The notes below the pieces were generated by a model that saw nothing but the letters and a program-made list of their open reading frames with translations, did not search any database and had not been told where the DNA came from. From contig JAITVV010000081.1 in the NCBI GenBank assembly GCA_031285625.1, positions 32,001-96,000 on the forward strand: a stretch of 64,000 nt of DNA, in the 5' to 3' direction. This stretch comes from Prevotella sp. (lineage in GTDB: Bacteria; Bacteroidota; Bacteroidia; Bacteroidales; Dysgonomonadaceae). The position numbers were made by a program, and so were the translations under genes. Positions 32,834-42,865 of this stretch are shown piece by piece (within the stretch, counting starts at the first letter, position 1; each line of letters starts with the position of its first letter).

Positions 32834-34531
32834 ATGCAATATACATTTTTTGATTTTTTACTGTTCTTAGGCTCTATGGGCCTCTTCCTGTATGGGATGA
32901 AAGTCATGAGCGAGGGGCTCCAGAAATTAGCAGGTGACAAGCTGAGAAGTATACTCACCGCAATGACCAAGAATCGCTTTACCGGAGTTTTAACCGGAGT
33001 ACTAATTACCGCCATTATTCAGTCGTCGAGCGCAACCACCGTTATGGTTGTTAGTTTTGTAAATGCAGGTTTACTTACTCTATATCAGTCTATTGGAGTT
33101 ATATTGGGGGCTAATATCGGAACAACACTCACTGCATGGATTATCTCCTTCTTTGGTTTCAAAGTCGATATTGCATTATTTACATTACCCATTCTGGCTT
33201 TAGCCACACCACTTATATTTTCAAAGAAAAGCACTCGCAAATCTTTAGGTGAATTCATCTTCGGGTTTGCTTTTCTGTTTATGGGGCTTACCAGCCTGAA
33301 AGCAAATGTACCGGACCTCGCGCAGAATCCGGAGATGCTAAGCTTCGTGACTAATTACACCGATATGGGATTTGCTTCCATTGTCTTATTCTTCTTTATT
33401 GGAGCAATATTGACTGTTGTCGTGCAATCATCCAGTGCTACAATGGCTATTACCCTTATTATGTGCGCACAGGGATGGATATCTTATGAGATAGGTGCTG
33501 CATTAGTATTAGGTGAAAATTTGGGAACTACCTGTACTGCAAACATAGCTGCTCTTGCAGGGAACGTATCGGCTAGGCGTGCAGCTTTATCCCACTTTAT
33601 GTTCAATATGTTTGGGGTCATATGGGTATTAGCTATCTTCCATCCTTTCACAACAGGTGTATCCAATCTGGTTGAACACCTGGCTTCGGGGAATGAACAG
33701 ACAATGATCTCATTTAAATTATCAGCATTCCACACTTGCTATAATATATGTAACACCTTCATATTTATATGGCTTATCAAATTCCTGGAAAAAGTTGTTA
33801 CAAAACTACTGCCCCAAAAAGAGGAGGAAGAAGAATTCAGGCTTCAATATATACAAACCGGTCTGGTTTCACTCTCAGAATTATCAATTGTTGAAGCCCG
33901 TCAGGAGATAGGATTATACTCATCCCGTATGCAAAAAATGTTCGGGTTTGTTAAAGAACTTCTGTATGAAGAAAATGAGGCTGCCTTTGAGAAGCTATTT
34001 AACCGTATAGAAAAATATGAGAATATAAGCGATAGTATGGAACTGGAAATCGCTAACTATCTGAATAAGGCTTCGGAAGGAAGATTAAGCTCGGAAGGAA
34101 AGATGGAAATAAGGCTTATGCTGAGGGAAGTAAGCGAAATAGAAAGTATAGGCGACTCCTGCTATAATATGGCAAAGGCTATCAAGCGTAAAAGGAATGC
34201 AAATGCAGAGTTTACTGAATCTCAGTATGAGCATATACAAGAAATGTTTGACCTGTTGACAATGTCTTTTGAGTATATGCAAAAGGTAGTTGAAAAACAA
34301 GAGAACAAAAATAAGAATATCATTCAGGTACTCAATCTGGAGAATGAAATCAACAATCTACGTAACAACCTTAAAACCAAAAATTTATTAGATATAGATA
34401 AGAAAGAATACCCTTACGAAATAGGCGTATTCTATATTGATATTATAGGCGACTGTGAAAAACTCGGCGACTTTATCGTAAATGTCGTTGAAGCTGAATC
34501 TTCTGAATATAAGGAAAGAAAGGGGATTTAA
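32834..34531 (+). CDS. Na/Pi cotransporter family protein with PhoU-like C-terminus
   Basis: Two QSSSAT repeats, GANIGTT and GENLGTT. Confidence 0.95.
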   Translation: MQYTFFDFLLFLGSMGLFLYGMKVMSEGLQKLAGDKLRSILTAMTKNRFTGVLTGVLITAIIQSSSATTVMVVSFVNAGLLTLYQSIGVILGANIGTTLTAWIISFFGFKVDIALFTLPILALATPLIFSKKSTRKSLGEFIFGFAFLFMGLTSLKANVPDLAQNPEMLSFVTNYTDMGFASIVLFFFIGAILTVVVQSSSATMAITLIMCAQGWISYEIGAALVLGENLGTTCTANIAALAGNVSARRAALSHFMFNMFGVIWVLAIFHPFTTGVSNLVEHLASGNEQTMISFKLSAFHTCYNICNTFIFIWLIKFLEKVVTKLLPQKEEEEEFRLQYIQTGLVSLSELSIVEARQEIGLYSSRMQKMFGFVKELLYEENEAAFEKLFNRIEKYENISDSMELEIANYLNKASEGRLSSEGKMEIRLMLREVSEIESIGDSCYNMAKAIKRKRNANAEFTESQYEHIQEMFDLLTMSFEYMQKVVEKQENKNKNIIQVLNLENEINNLRNNLKTKNLLDIDKKEYPYEIGVFYIDIIGDCEKLGDFIVNVVEAESSEYKERKGI

Positions 34532-34536
34532 ATACA

Positions 34537-37140
34537 TCAAAATTTAAAACTAACCGTACCCAAAACATTTATTGGTCTTAATTTATAATTATAATTGTAA
34601 GTATCAAGTGAATTATAAATAGTATAGCTATATTCTTTTTTATTGAATATGTTATTTATATATAATTCATATTCTATTTCTTTATTTTTATATTTGACGC
34701 CGATATTAGCAAATATTAGATTACATGAAAGGCTTTTGGTTATTTCATTGTATAAATATTCCAATTGAGTATCTAGTTCTATCTTACTGTTAAGGAAATA
34801 GTGGCCAGTTAATTTCTGAGATATTTGATAAGTAGATAACTTAGAACTCGAAGATATATCTATTTGTAATCTATTATTCAATATTTCGGCCTGATATGAT
34901 GCTGAGAACTCATCACATATCTTAGTATTAATCTTAGGTATCAAACTCCAAGAAGTAGATTTTAGCGGAACTAACAAACCTTGTTGCATTTTTTCTGATT
35001 TTATAAAGTTGAGATTTGCCAGTAGAGAGAAACCAGTCTTTATATCACCAAAATACTTACCTATATATCCTCTCCACATCCACATTTCATAACGATTCTT
35101 ATGCTCCGAATTACTGATAATACTTTGTTTATTCAAAAAATATTGCTCATCCAATAGATTTCTTCTGAAAGAGGTATAAGCAATAGAAGTATTAAAAAAC
35201 ATTGTTGTTAATGGATTCCTAAAATTGACTCTGATATTTACAGACTGGCTTTCTCGTTTCTGCAATATTCCAGCTTTTACATTCACAGTACGATAATCAC
35301 TGATGATGTATGAATCTGCGAAATCGGTTATATCTCCTATATTATGATTATAACGATATAGAAATGAAGTTTCCCATAACTGATTTATTTTATATGTTAG
35401 CTTTACTTTAGAATCGAGATACAAGAAATCTTCAGATTTGGTTCTATTGTTCATTTTGTCCTGAGACTCCAACCAATGATAAGTAATAGGTACATTAATT
35501 GAAAACTCTATTTTTTTCTTCTTGAAAGAATAGGATGGGTTAATTATTATTTTAAAATAGTTAGCTCTTATTTTGCTAGATGTACTATCTGTTAGTATTG
35601 GATGATTTGATAAATCAGAATTTAGGTTTTCAATATATCCTTCCATATTCAAGTTAAGATATAATCGTGAATTCCCTTTTGAAAATGAAAAGTTACTATT
35701 ATTATTTGTGTATAGCCCATTTTGATTAGTCTTTTGAATCATATCCTCTTTAAGAGTATCAATATCTACTCTCAGATTCTGAGGAAGTGATGTATAACGA
35801 ACGAATGAGGAAATATCCCATATCCGATTATTCCATTTCTTAACATATTGAAAATCATTGGATACTAAATATTCAGGAGTATTAAATTTTTGCATTATTC
35901 TATTTGCATTTTCGATATTCAAACTAGCCTCATTCAATTTTGCTTGCCCTTTCAATATATTACTTATATAGTGCCGGGAAGTATTATCTGTATATGTAAT
36001 AGTTCCATCGATATAATTATTTTTCTTATATGCATTTCTTTGTTCATCAATCTGCAAAGAGTTCTCTGGTAAAAAGTATGAACTATTCTGATAGATTGAT
36101 TCATCCAAAGCGTCATGCAGATAATTTATATTTAGGCGTAATTGACTGTCTTCTCCTGTTTTCCATAGACTATTTAGTGTCGCAATATGGGTTTTATTGA
36201 AAAGATATCGATTTTCTTCTATTGGTGGATTATTTAATACATTATCTGTCAATAGGCCAGAAATTGTTTTATGTTTACTTAAATCCTCTGAGAATAATGA
36301 ATGTTCGGTAAGTTCGGTTGCTATATTGTTCCCTGTATTATTTGTTTTATACATTGCGATAGCTTGATGTTTTCTGTTGGCTTGTAGTGCAAAAGCATCA
36401 ATGTTCCATAGCAAATCTTTTATTCCTCCAATTCCAACTTTTGCAGTGCCTACAGGTCGAGCCATTTTACTATCTTGTAATTTGAGATTAATAGCTGCCT
36501 GACCTGTACTCATCAAATCTTTTAAAGCCTTTACCGGTTGATGATTTTCTATTACTTCCACATTTGTAACTGCATCCACAGGCACATTATTTGTTGCTAT
36601 ACCATATTTTTTATCTAATAAATCCATTCCCTCTATATAGAATTTATTAATTGGCTCACCATTGTATTTTATACCGCCATTCTGTGAAACCTCTATCCCT
36701 GGTAACTTTTTTAATATATCTCCTATTGTACGATCCTGCTGAGAACGAAATGCACCGACACTGTATACAAGAGTGTCTTCTCTACTCCACATCACCTCTG
36801 ATTTAATTACAACCTCCTTTAATTGGATTTCTAATGGCTGTAATGCTACATCTATTACCTGGGAGTTGTTCCTTATTGTAAATACTTTTTGTTTGTATCC
36901 CAGAAAGGATACGGTCAATTCCAATTCTTTATTCTGTGAATCTATTTCTATTTGATAAAAGCCTTTACTATCTGTCAATCCGTAACCTATAATGTCTTGA
37001 TCATTATCGATAATAGAGACAACAACACCATTGATTGGTTTATTATCAATGGTGTCTCTTACAACTCCATGTATTGCTGTTTGGGCTGACAAAAAGAATG
37101 GAGATAAGACTAGAGCTATATATAGTAAATACTTACTCAC
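34537..37140 (-). CDS. TonB-dependent-receptor-like outer membrane beta-barrel with carboxypeptidase-regulatory-like N-domain
   Basis: Signal peptide, VSFLGY, LKEVVIK, plug-like GDILKKLPGIEV, C-terminal SFKF. Its start overlaps the GLPGLI stop. Confidence 0.85.
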   Translation of the reverse strand: MSKYLLYIALVLSPFFLSAQTAIHGVVRDTIDNKPINGVVVSIIDNDQDIIGYGLTDSKGFYQIEIDSQNKELELTVSFLGYKQKVFTIRNNSQVIDVALQPLEIQLKEVVIKSEVMWSREDTLVYSVGAFRSQQDRTIGDILKKLPGIEVSQNGGIKYNGEPINKFYIEGMDLLDKKYGIATNNVPVDAVTNVEVIENHQPVKALKDLMSTGQAAINLKLQDSKMARPVGTAKVGIGGIKDLLWNIDAFALQANRKHQAIAMYKTNNTGNNIATELTEHSLFSEDLSKHKTISGLLTDNVLNNPPIEENRYLFNKTHIATLNSLWKTGEDSQLRLNINYLHDALDESIYQNSSYFLPENSLQIDEQRNAYKKNNYIDGTITYTDNTSRHYISNILKGQAKLNEASLNIENANRIMQKFNTPEYLVSNDFQYVKKWNNRIWDISSFVRYTSLPQNLRVDIDTLKEDMIQKTNQNGLYTNNNSNFSFSKGNSRLYLNLNMEGYIENLNSDLSNHPILTDSTSSKIRANYFKIIINPSYSFKKKKIEFSINVPITYHWLESQDKMNNRTKSEDFLYLDSKVKLTYKINQLWETSFLYRYNHNIGDITDFADSYIISDYRTVNVKAGILQKRESQSVNIRVNFRNPLTTMFFNTSIAYTSFRRNLLDEQYFLNKQSIISNSEHKNRYEMWMWRGYIGKYFGDIKTGFSLLANLNFIKSEKMQQGLLVPLKSTSWSLIPKINTKICDEFSASYQAEILNNRLQIDISSSSKLSTYQISQKLTGHYFLNSKIELDTQLEYLYNEITKSLSCNLIFANIGVKYKNKEIEYELYINNIFNKKEYSYTIYNSLDTYNYNYKLRPINVLGTVSFKF

Positions 37141-37984
37141 TTAACTCTATTGGATTATATGCACGCTTACGCAATGCATGAGCAGGTATATCACCTTGTA
37201 TCATTCCCGAATTTTGTAATGCTGCTCCAGGATTTTCTCTGTATTGTTTATATGATTTCAGGAAAGTTTTTTTATTTGTTTTCATATAATTCCTGTCAAA
37301 TATATATATATTATCTACCCAACGAGGTTTTTCGATCGCAATACATTCAAATGATATTTGTTTTTTATCATCTTCCACCTTTAATATTAGTCCCGGTAGT
37401 CCTGAAAATTTCCAAGGACCATTACTTATAGGAATATCCGGAGTATACCATGCAGTATATTTTCTACCGAAAAGCGTTGTTGATGCTTTTTTACATTTAT
37501 ATCCACTAACAGTTAGATTTCCTGATTCAGATTTCCAATTAGTCTTTATTAATGGTTCTTCATATAAAAAAGAAGACCCTGTAAAGAAATTAGTTGATGT
37601 AATCTTTCCTTTAGGATAATTTGTGAAAATATTTTCCCTCGAACCATTTCTTGTATATATAGAAACTTTTTCCAACATAGAATTTATATCCATACCCTGT
37701 TTGCTGTACACAAAATTTAAAGAATCACCTATTAATTTATTATAATCAGTATATTTTGAGACTCTATTTCCAATCTGAAGCAACATAAGATGTTCTTGAT
37801 AGTTTTGTGTTATTGTATCATTTATAATTCGTTGTCGATATTGTATCCTTATAATAGAACTGTCTAATACAATAGGAGTTTTAGGAATTGAAGCTTTGGT
37901 ATTTTGTCTTTTATCAGGTATAAATATCTGAGCGTTCAAGGTTAATGTTATAAATAAAATGAAGTATAAAATAAAATGTTTCAT
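37133..37984 (-). CDS. GLPGLI family exported protein (copy 2)
   Basis: AWYTPDIPISNGPWKFSGLPGLIL and C-terminal YNPIELSE. Confidence 0.95.
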   Translation of the reverse strand: MKHFILYFILFITLTLNAQIFIPDKRQNTKASIPKTPIVLDSSIIRIQYRQRIINDTITQNYQEHLMLLQIGNRVSKYTDYNKLIGDSLNFVYSKQGMDINSMLEKVSIYTRNGSRENIFTNYPKGKITSTNFFTGSSFLYEEPLIKTNWKSESGNLTVSGYKCKKASTTLFGRKYTAWYTPDIPISNGPWKFSGLPGLILKVEDDKKQISFECIAIEKPRWVDNIYIFDRNYMKTNKKTFLKSYKQYRENPGAALQNSGMIQGDIPAHALRKRAYNPIELSE

Positions 37985-38838
37985 TACTCACTTAACTCTA
38001 TCGGGTTATATGCTCGTTTACGAAATGCTTTAGCAGGTATATCGCCCTGTATCATCCCTGAATTTTGTATTACTGCACCCGGATTATCCTTGTATTGTTT
38101 ATATAATTTAAGAAAAGTCTTCTTATTTGTTTTCATATAATCACTTTCATTCATATATATTGGGTCTTTCCAATGCGGTTTATCTATAGCTATACATTCA
38201 AAAGAAACTTCTTTTTTACTATCTTCTACCTTTAGTATTAACCCAGGTAAGCCTGAGAATTTCCATGGACCGTTGCTTATGGGTATATCTGGAGTATACC
38301 AAGCTGTATATTTTCTACCAAAAAGTGTAGTGGACGCTTTCTTGCATTTATATCCGGCTATAGTCATATTTCCGGATTCCAGTTTCCAATCAATATTTAC
38401 TGATGCCTCTTCATATAGGTATGAAGAGCCTCCAAATAAATTGGTTGATGTGATTTTTCCTTGAGGATAATCTTTAAATATATTTTCTCGAGAGCTTCCC
38501 TTTATATAGGGATGTATCTTAGTAAATATAGTACTCAAATCATCTCCCATTTTGACATACACATCATAAAGGGAATCTGCTTTTAATCCATAGTAATCTG
38601 TATATTTTGATATATTGTTTCCTATCTGAAGTAGCATTATATTATCTGTTTTCTGATTTGTATCAGTTGTATCCTGAATAATTACTTGACGGTATTGTAT
38701 TCTCATTTTAGATGTATCTTGGATGCTTTTCTTTTGTAGCTTCAAGGGTTCTGCAGTACGAGGGTCAACTGTAATTGTTTGAGCATGTAAAAAATTGCAT
38801 GCGAATATAATAAGACAACTTAAAAAAACTTTTTTCAT
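37984..38838 (-). CDS. GLPGLI family exported protein (copy 1)
   Basis: Same GLPGLI signature; the C-terminal half is nearly identical to copy 2. Confidence 0.95.
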   Translation of the reverse strand: MKKVFLSCLIIFACNFLHAQTITVDPRTAEPLKLQKKSIQDTSKMRIQYRQVIIQDTTDTNQKTDNIMLLQIGNNISKYTDYYGLKADSLYDVYVKMGDDLSTIFTKIHPYIKGSSRENIFKDYPQGKITSTNLFGGSSYLYEEASVNIDWKLESGNMTIAGYKCKKASTTLFGRKYTAWYTPDIPISNGPWKFSGLPGLILKVEDSKKEVSFECIAIDKPHWKDPIYMNESDYMKTNKKTFLKLYKQYKDNPGAVIQNSGMIQGDIPAKAFRKRAYNPIELSE

Positions 38839-38863
38839 AAGATATATTTAACTGATATTAAAT

Positions 38864-38919
38864 AGGTTGTCAATAAATAATTTGAATATTTGGCACATCA
38901 TTTATTATATTGACAACCT
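38864..38919 (-). promoter_or_regulatory. Intergenic stem-loop between the peptide gene and the first GLPGLI gene
   Basis: AGGTTGTCAATA (38864-38875) and TATTGACAACCT (38908-38919) are perfect inverted arms; no strong U-tract follows. Confidence 0.65.
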
Positions 38920-38935
38920 CCAAATTTTTGTTTTA

Positions 38936-39112
38936 CTAACAGAAGAAACTATAGATTTCATCTACCCATTGAAGAGTCTCCAACTCTCCAGCTCCAGAAC
39001 AATAATAAGTAGCAGGTGCACCTCCAGGACAATACAAAGTTCCGCAAACTGGAGATGCAGTATTAACAATAAGTACAATTCCGACAATAATAAGGGCTAA
39101 TTTCTTCTTCAT
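38936..39112 (-). CDS. Unannotated 58-aa secreted Cys-rich peptide
   Basis: Hand translation gives MKKKLALIIVGIVLIVNTASPVCGTLYCPGGAPATYYCSGAGELETLQWVDEIYSFFC: a Sec-type signal, 4 Cys including the C-terminal residue, and an A-rich start context. Confidence 0.8.
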   Translation of the reverse strand: MKKKLALIIVGIVLIVNTASPVCGTLYCPGGAPATYYCSGAGELETLQWVDEIYSFFC

Positions 39113-39312
39113 AATTTAAAATTTGAGTTAAACATACACTGCAAATTTCAAAAAATAAAAAGACTAAGAGAGTATAGTATTGCTCCCATATGACTTTTTT
39201 CAGAAGTCTGATCTGGATAACCTGCTTATCATCAAATTGTTAATTGATCCGTCATATAAGAAATATATAACTTTTTAATTGTCTGAAATACAATTAGTTG
39301 TGAATATTCATA

Positions 39313-42051
39313 TTAGAAATCTTCACCTTCATAGTCCTCATTATTCTTTCCCTTACTCTTTATAATGTTGAATTTGTAAGAGAAGCTAAGCATAAAGTAT
39401 CGGCTAACACTGTTGGAGCGCGAATCGGTCATGTAATTACCACTTACATAGCGTGATATATTATTCCTATCATTGAGGATATCAAAGAATTGTAACTTCA
39501 GGGTACCTTTTTTCTTTTTCAGAAATAGTTTTGAGATTGAGGCATTCCAGAGAATCTCGCTTTTCTTAAAATCATCCCCATACCCGCTATAATAAGACAT
39601 ATTTATATCATTTTGTATTGATATGTCTAAGGGGATATCAAATATGGAAGGTATTTTCCATAGGAAAGAATGGAGAACAGTATAGTTTGCTGTATTCCTA
39701 TCCTGAGAGCCGGATAGGTTATTTCGTGTGATATTGAATGAAGCACCCAGTTGCAGGCGTGTTTCAAATTTATCAACTTTGAATTTACCGGCAACCCTCT
39801 CTCCTATCACCACATTATGAGTTATAGCCTTCTCCCCATTCGTATAGCCTATGTTTTTATAATAATTACTATATGTACTATTATCTATCGTAAATTTTTT
39901 ATTACGCAACGGAGTATTAAACATAAAGTTGAGGTTTGCCCCCATATTACCGCTTAGGTTGCGATAGGTATTTATGCTATTACCCTGATCGTCAATTGTC
40001 GTATAATCAACAATATTATTGAACGTATAATTCAGCCCTCCGGACAACATAAGAAAGCGGCTGGTTTCGTAATTCGACTTACGGTAATATACATTGAAGT
40101 TATTGCTGTAGCTTGGCTTCAAATCAGGGTTACCATAGTACTTAGTGAGTGCATTTACAATAACCGTATCGGCTGACAACTGTGTTATTCCAGGCTGACT
40201 TGTCGACCCAGAGTAGCTGATATCCAAACTGGTTTGCTCATTGGGCTGATAAGTAAAATTAAGGCTGGGTGAAAAATTAATCACATTTTGCTTTGTATTC
40301 AGGCTATCGATGGATGTATCGCCTATACTTACCTCGCTTTTTGAATATGAAGGATCAATACTGAGGCCTATAGTATAATTATATTTGTCTTTTGTTGTCT
40401 GAAAATTGAGACTAATGTTCTGGTTTATATATTTATTTTTGGTATTCCTTGCATATGCTGAATCCAAAACCGTATAGTTACCTGCATCATCTTTTGTACG
40501 GACATCACGCATCCGCTTTGAGTTATTCTGTCCATATGAATATGAAAACTGTAGTCTGTGATCTTTACCAATAGGTTCCACATATGACATCGAGATATTA
40601 TAGCTATTGGTTTTATTGTCCGTCTCATTTCGTTGGTCAATGATCTTATCGGGTGTTCCTTCTGTATAGGTTGTATATGAATAGCTGGTTCCTTTGCTAT
40701 TGTCTTTTCGTATCGAATTATTAAAAGTCAGACTAACTGTCCTCCCTTTGTCATTTAGTTTACGCCCTATTGTAAAGAAATTATTGATACTATAACCATC
40801 CCCTTTCGACTGACTATTTGAATACCCTGAAGTTGTATCTTTTTCGGCAACATATGAAATATTAGAAGAGTTCTTCTTATTCATTGTGTTATTAAAGCTA
40901 ATATATGACCGTGCATAGATTGTGGTCAGAGTATCAGGTTTCCATTGCAGGTTCATACCCGCATTATAGTTATCCCGTTTATTCCTCGATGAAGATTCCT
41001 GTTTGGAAAAACGATCACCGGACGAAAGAAAAGTCTGGGTATTAGTTTTTGTCTCCATCAAGTTATCATTACTTGAGTACCTCAGATTTCCCCCGATTCT
41101 GAATTTTTCGGATGACTGTATATAAGCATTGGCTCCAACATTTTTGTTTTTATCAATCCCGTTATCCATCCCCATACTATAGCCATTGTCATTTACATTA
41201 TTCATATCCGCCACAAAAGACATCTGATTATCATTACGCATATAGTTAACCAATGCCTTGTTTGCATACTTGTCGTCACTTCCATATCCGGCCTTTACAT
41301 CGCCAAAGATGCTTTGTCTGAGTTCTTCTTTTACAACAAGGTTCAGTACCTGATCAGGGTCTTTATCTTTAAATCCGGTTACTTTGGCTGTTTCTGATTC
41401 TTCTTTATACAATTGCAGTTTTTTGATCATATTAGCTGGTAAGTTTGCCAATGCCATAGGAATATCATTCCCGAAAAACTCTTTTCCGTCTACCAGTATT
41501 TTTTTTATGGTTTTCCCATTCGCTGTAATATTCCCGTTTTCGTCTACCTCTACACCCGGAATATTTTTCATCATATCCTGTAGCATATCACTCTCCTGTG
41601 AACTATAAGATCCGGCATTGTATTCTATCGTATCTCCTTTGACCACAATATCAGGGACCTGTGCCTCCACCACAGCCTCTTTTAGCTCAACAATATCCTC
41701 ATCAAGATATATATCGCCAAAAGAATAACCCGGTTCTTTTGATGATATTTCAAAATTTTGCAGAAATGCTTTATAGCCTATAAAAGATGCTTCTAGAATA
41801 TATTTACCTGTATTTGCCGAAAGCTTGAATTTGCCTTTCTCATCTGTTGCCACTCCTTTTATATAAGCGCTATCAGACTGATTTAATAATTTTACAGTTA
41901 CAAAAGGGATAGATTCCTTCGTTTTAGAATCGTATACAGTTCCTTGTATATCCTTTCTTATTTGCTGTGCCTGGGCATACATGGCAAATGAAAAAAAGAA
42001 TAATAAAGTAATCTGCAGGTATCTCATTCCTATCGAAAAATATTTTGGCAT
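39313..42051 (-). CDS. Outer membrane beta-barrel protein with carboxypeptidase-regulatory-like N-domain (TBDR-like)
   Basis: ASFIGY, VKGDTIEYNA, KNIPGVEV, VDGKEFFG and YGNPDLKP motifs; related to the 34537 protein. Confidence 0.88.
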   Translation of the reverse strand: MPKYFSIGMRYLQITLLFFFSFAMYAQAQQIRKDIQGTVYDSKTKESIPFVTVKLLNQSDSAYIKGVATDEKGKFKLSANTGKYILEASFIGYKAFLQNFEISSKEPGYSFGDIYLDEDIVELKEAVVEAQVPDIVVKGDTIEYNAGSYSSQESDMLQDMMKNIPGVEVDENGNITANGKTIKKILVDGKEFFGNDIPMALANLPANMIKKLQLYKEESETAKVTGFKDKDPDQVLNLVVKEELRQSIFGDVKAGYGSDDKYANKALVNYMRNDNQMSFVADMNNVNDNGYSMGMDNGIDKNKNVGANAYIQSSEKFRIGGNLRYSSNDNLMETKTNTQTFLSSGDRFSKQESSSRNKRDNYNAGMNLQWKPDTLTTIYARSYISFNNTMNKKNSSNISYVAEKDTTSGYSNSQSKGDGYSINNFFTIGRKLNDKGRTVSLTFNNSIRKDNSKGTSYSYTTYTEGTPDKIIDQRNETDNKTNSYNISMSYVEPIGKDHRLQFSYSYGQNNSKRMRDVRTKDDAGNYTVLDSAYARNTKNKYINQNISLNFQTTKDKYNYTIGLSIDPSYSKSEVSIGDTSIDSLNTKQNVINFSPSLNFTYQPNEQTSLDISYSGSTSQPGITQLSADTVIVNALTKYYGNPDLKPSYSNNFNVYYRKSNYETSRFLMLSGGLNYTFNNIVDYTTIDDQGNSINTYRNLSGNMGANLNFMFNTPLRNKKFTIDNSTYSNYYKNIGYTNGEKAITHNVVIGERVAGKFKVDKFETRLQLGASFNITRNNLSGSQDRNTANYTVLHSFLWKIPSIFDIPLDISIQNDINMSYYSGYGDDFKKSEILWNASISKLFLKKKKGTLKLQFFDILNDRNNISRYVSGNYMTDSRSNSVSRYFMLSFSYKFNIIKSKGKNNEDYEGEDF

Positions 42052-42103
42052 ATAAAGTAAACGCTTTTTTAATTATAAGAGGATAATTATGCCCTAATTT
42101 CAT

Positions 42104-42151
42104 AAAAAGTAACAAAAGTAACAGTTTTCAGATATAAACACCTGTCACTTT
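42104..42151 (-). repeat. Dispersed GT(T/C)AC repeat element, copy B
   Basis: Minus strand AAAGTGACA-N20-GTTACTTTTGTTACTTTT; contains the TGA stop of the HTH gene. Confidence 0.75.
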
Positions 42152-42777
42152 CGATACCGGTAACCGGGAGGGACCATCTGATCGGTAACACTTTTAATCG
42201 TAACATACCTGGATTTCTTCTCGGGTTGTGGTTCAATAACCGGGACTTCTGATAATGGTTTTGATTCATCAATTATCTCTCTCTTTTCTTTCGGTATCTG
42301 CGTACTCAATGTCTGCTGCAACAGATTCAGGTAATCTACCGATTTGGGATCGTTAACGGTTATCATCAGTGCCGGATGCGAACTTTCTTTAGCACGCTCA
42401 TGCCTATTGTTATCTCCAGCCAGTAACAGCTTTATCGCATGTGTATCAGGGGCGTATTCTTTTTGTCTTACTACTTGTGACTTTAGTGCCAGTTTTTCAG
42501 GATTATCCTTATCAGGCACATAAGTCGTACGGGTCTCAGTGAGAGTATAGCCTTCCAGTTTTCTCTTCAGTGACTTACGGGCTATCAGCAACAATTTATC
42601 ATCGCGACGATCTGTTGCCTTTTCTATGGCTTTCTCAAATTCAGGCTTGGTATCCTTCCATTCATAAAATGTTTTACGACTTAGTTTTAGTATACTACAT
42701 ATTTCAGAAATACTATAGGTATCTTCTTCGATAAGAGACACAATTTTCTCGACTAATTTTTCGGTGTATTTTGACAT
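42145..42777 (-). CDS. Orphan HTH protein resembling phage terminase small subunit N-terminus
   Basis: SKYTEKLVEKI...SISEICSILKLSRKTFYEWKDTKPEF...SLKRKLEGY...PDTHAI pattern; no other phage genes nearby. Confidence 0.65.
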   Translation of the reverse strand: MSKYTEKLVEKIVSLIEEDTYSISEICSILKLSRKTFYEWKDTKPEFEKAIEKATDRRDDKLLLIARKSLKRKLEGYTLTETRTTYVPDKDNPEKLALKSQVVRQKEYAPDTHAIKLLLAGDNNRHERAKESSHPALMITVNDPKSVDYLNLLQQTLSTQIPKEKREIIDESKPLSEVPVIEPQPEKKSRYVTIKSVTDQMVPPGYRYRK

Positions 42778-42865
42778 ATCTGTTATAAGTTAGAGGTTAA
42801 TAATCTCACTTATAATAGATAAATATTGTAGGAAATTATGCTATATCAAATAGTGATTTACATAA

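Noticed and set aside
38867-39100. 77-aa plus-strand ORF
   Set aside because: It is the antisense shadow of the 58-aa peptide gene, which has a signal peptide and fits the operon orientation.
42145-42777. Prophage
   Set aside because: A single phage-like gene with no structural, lysis or integration genes.
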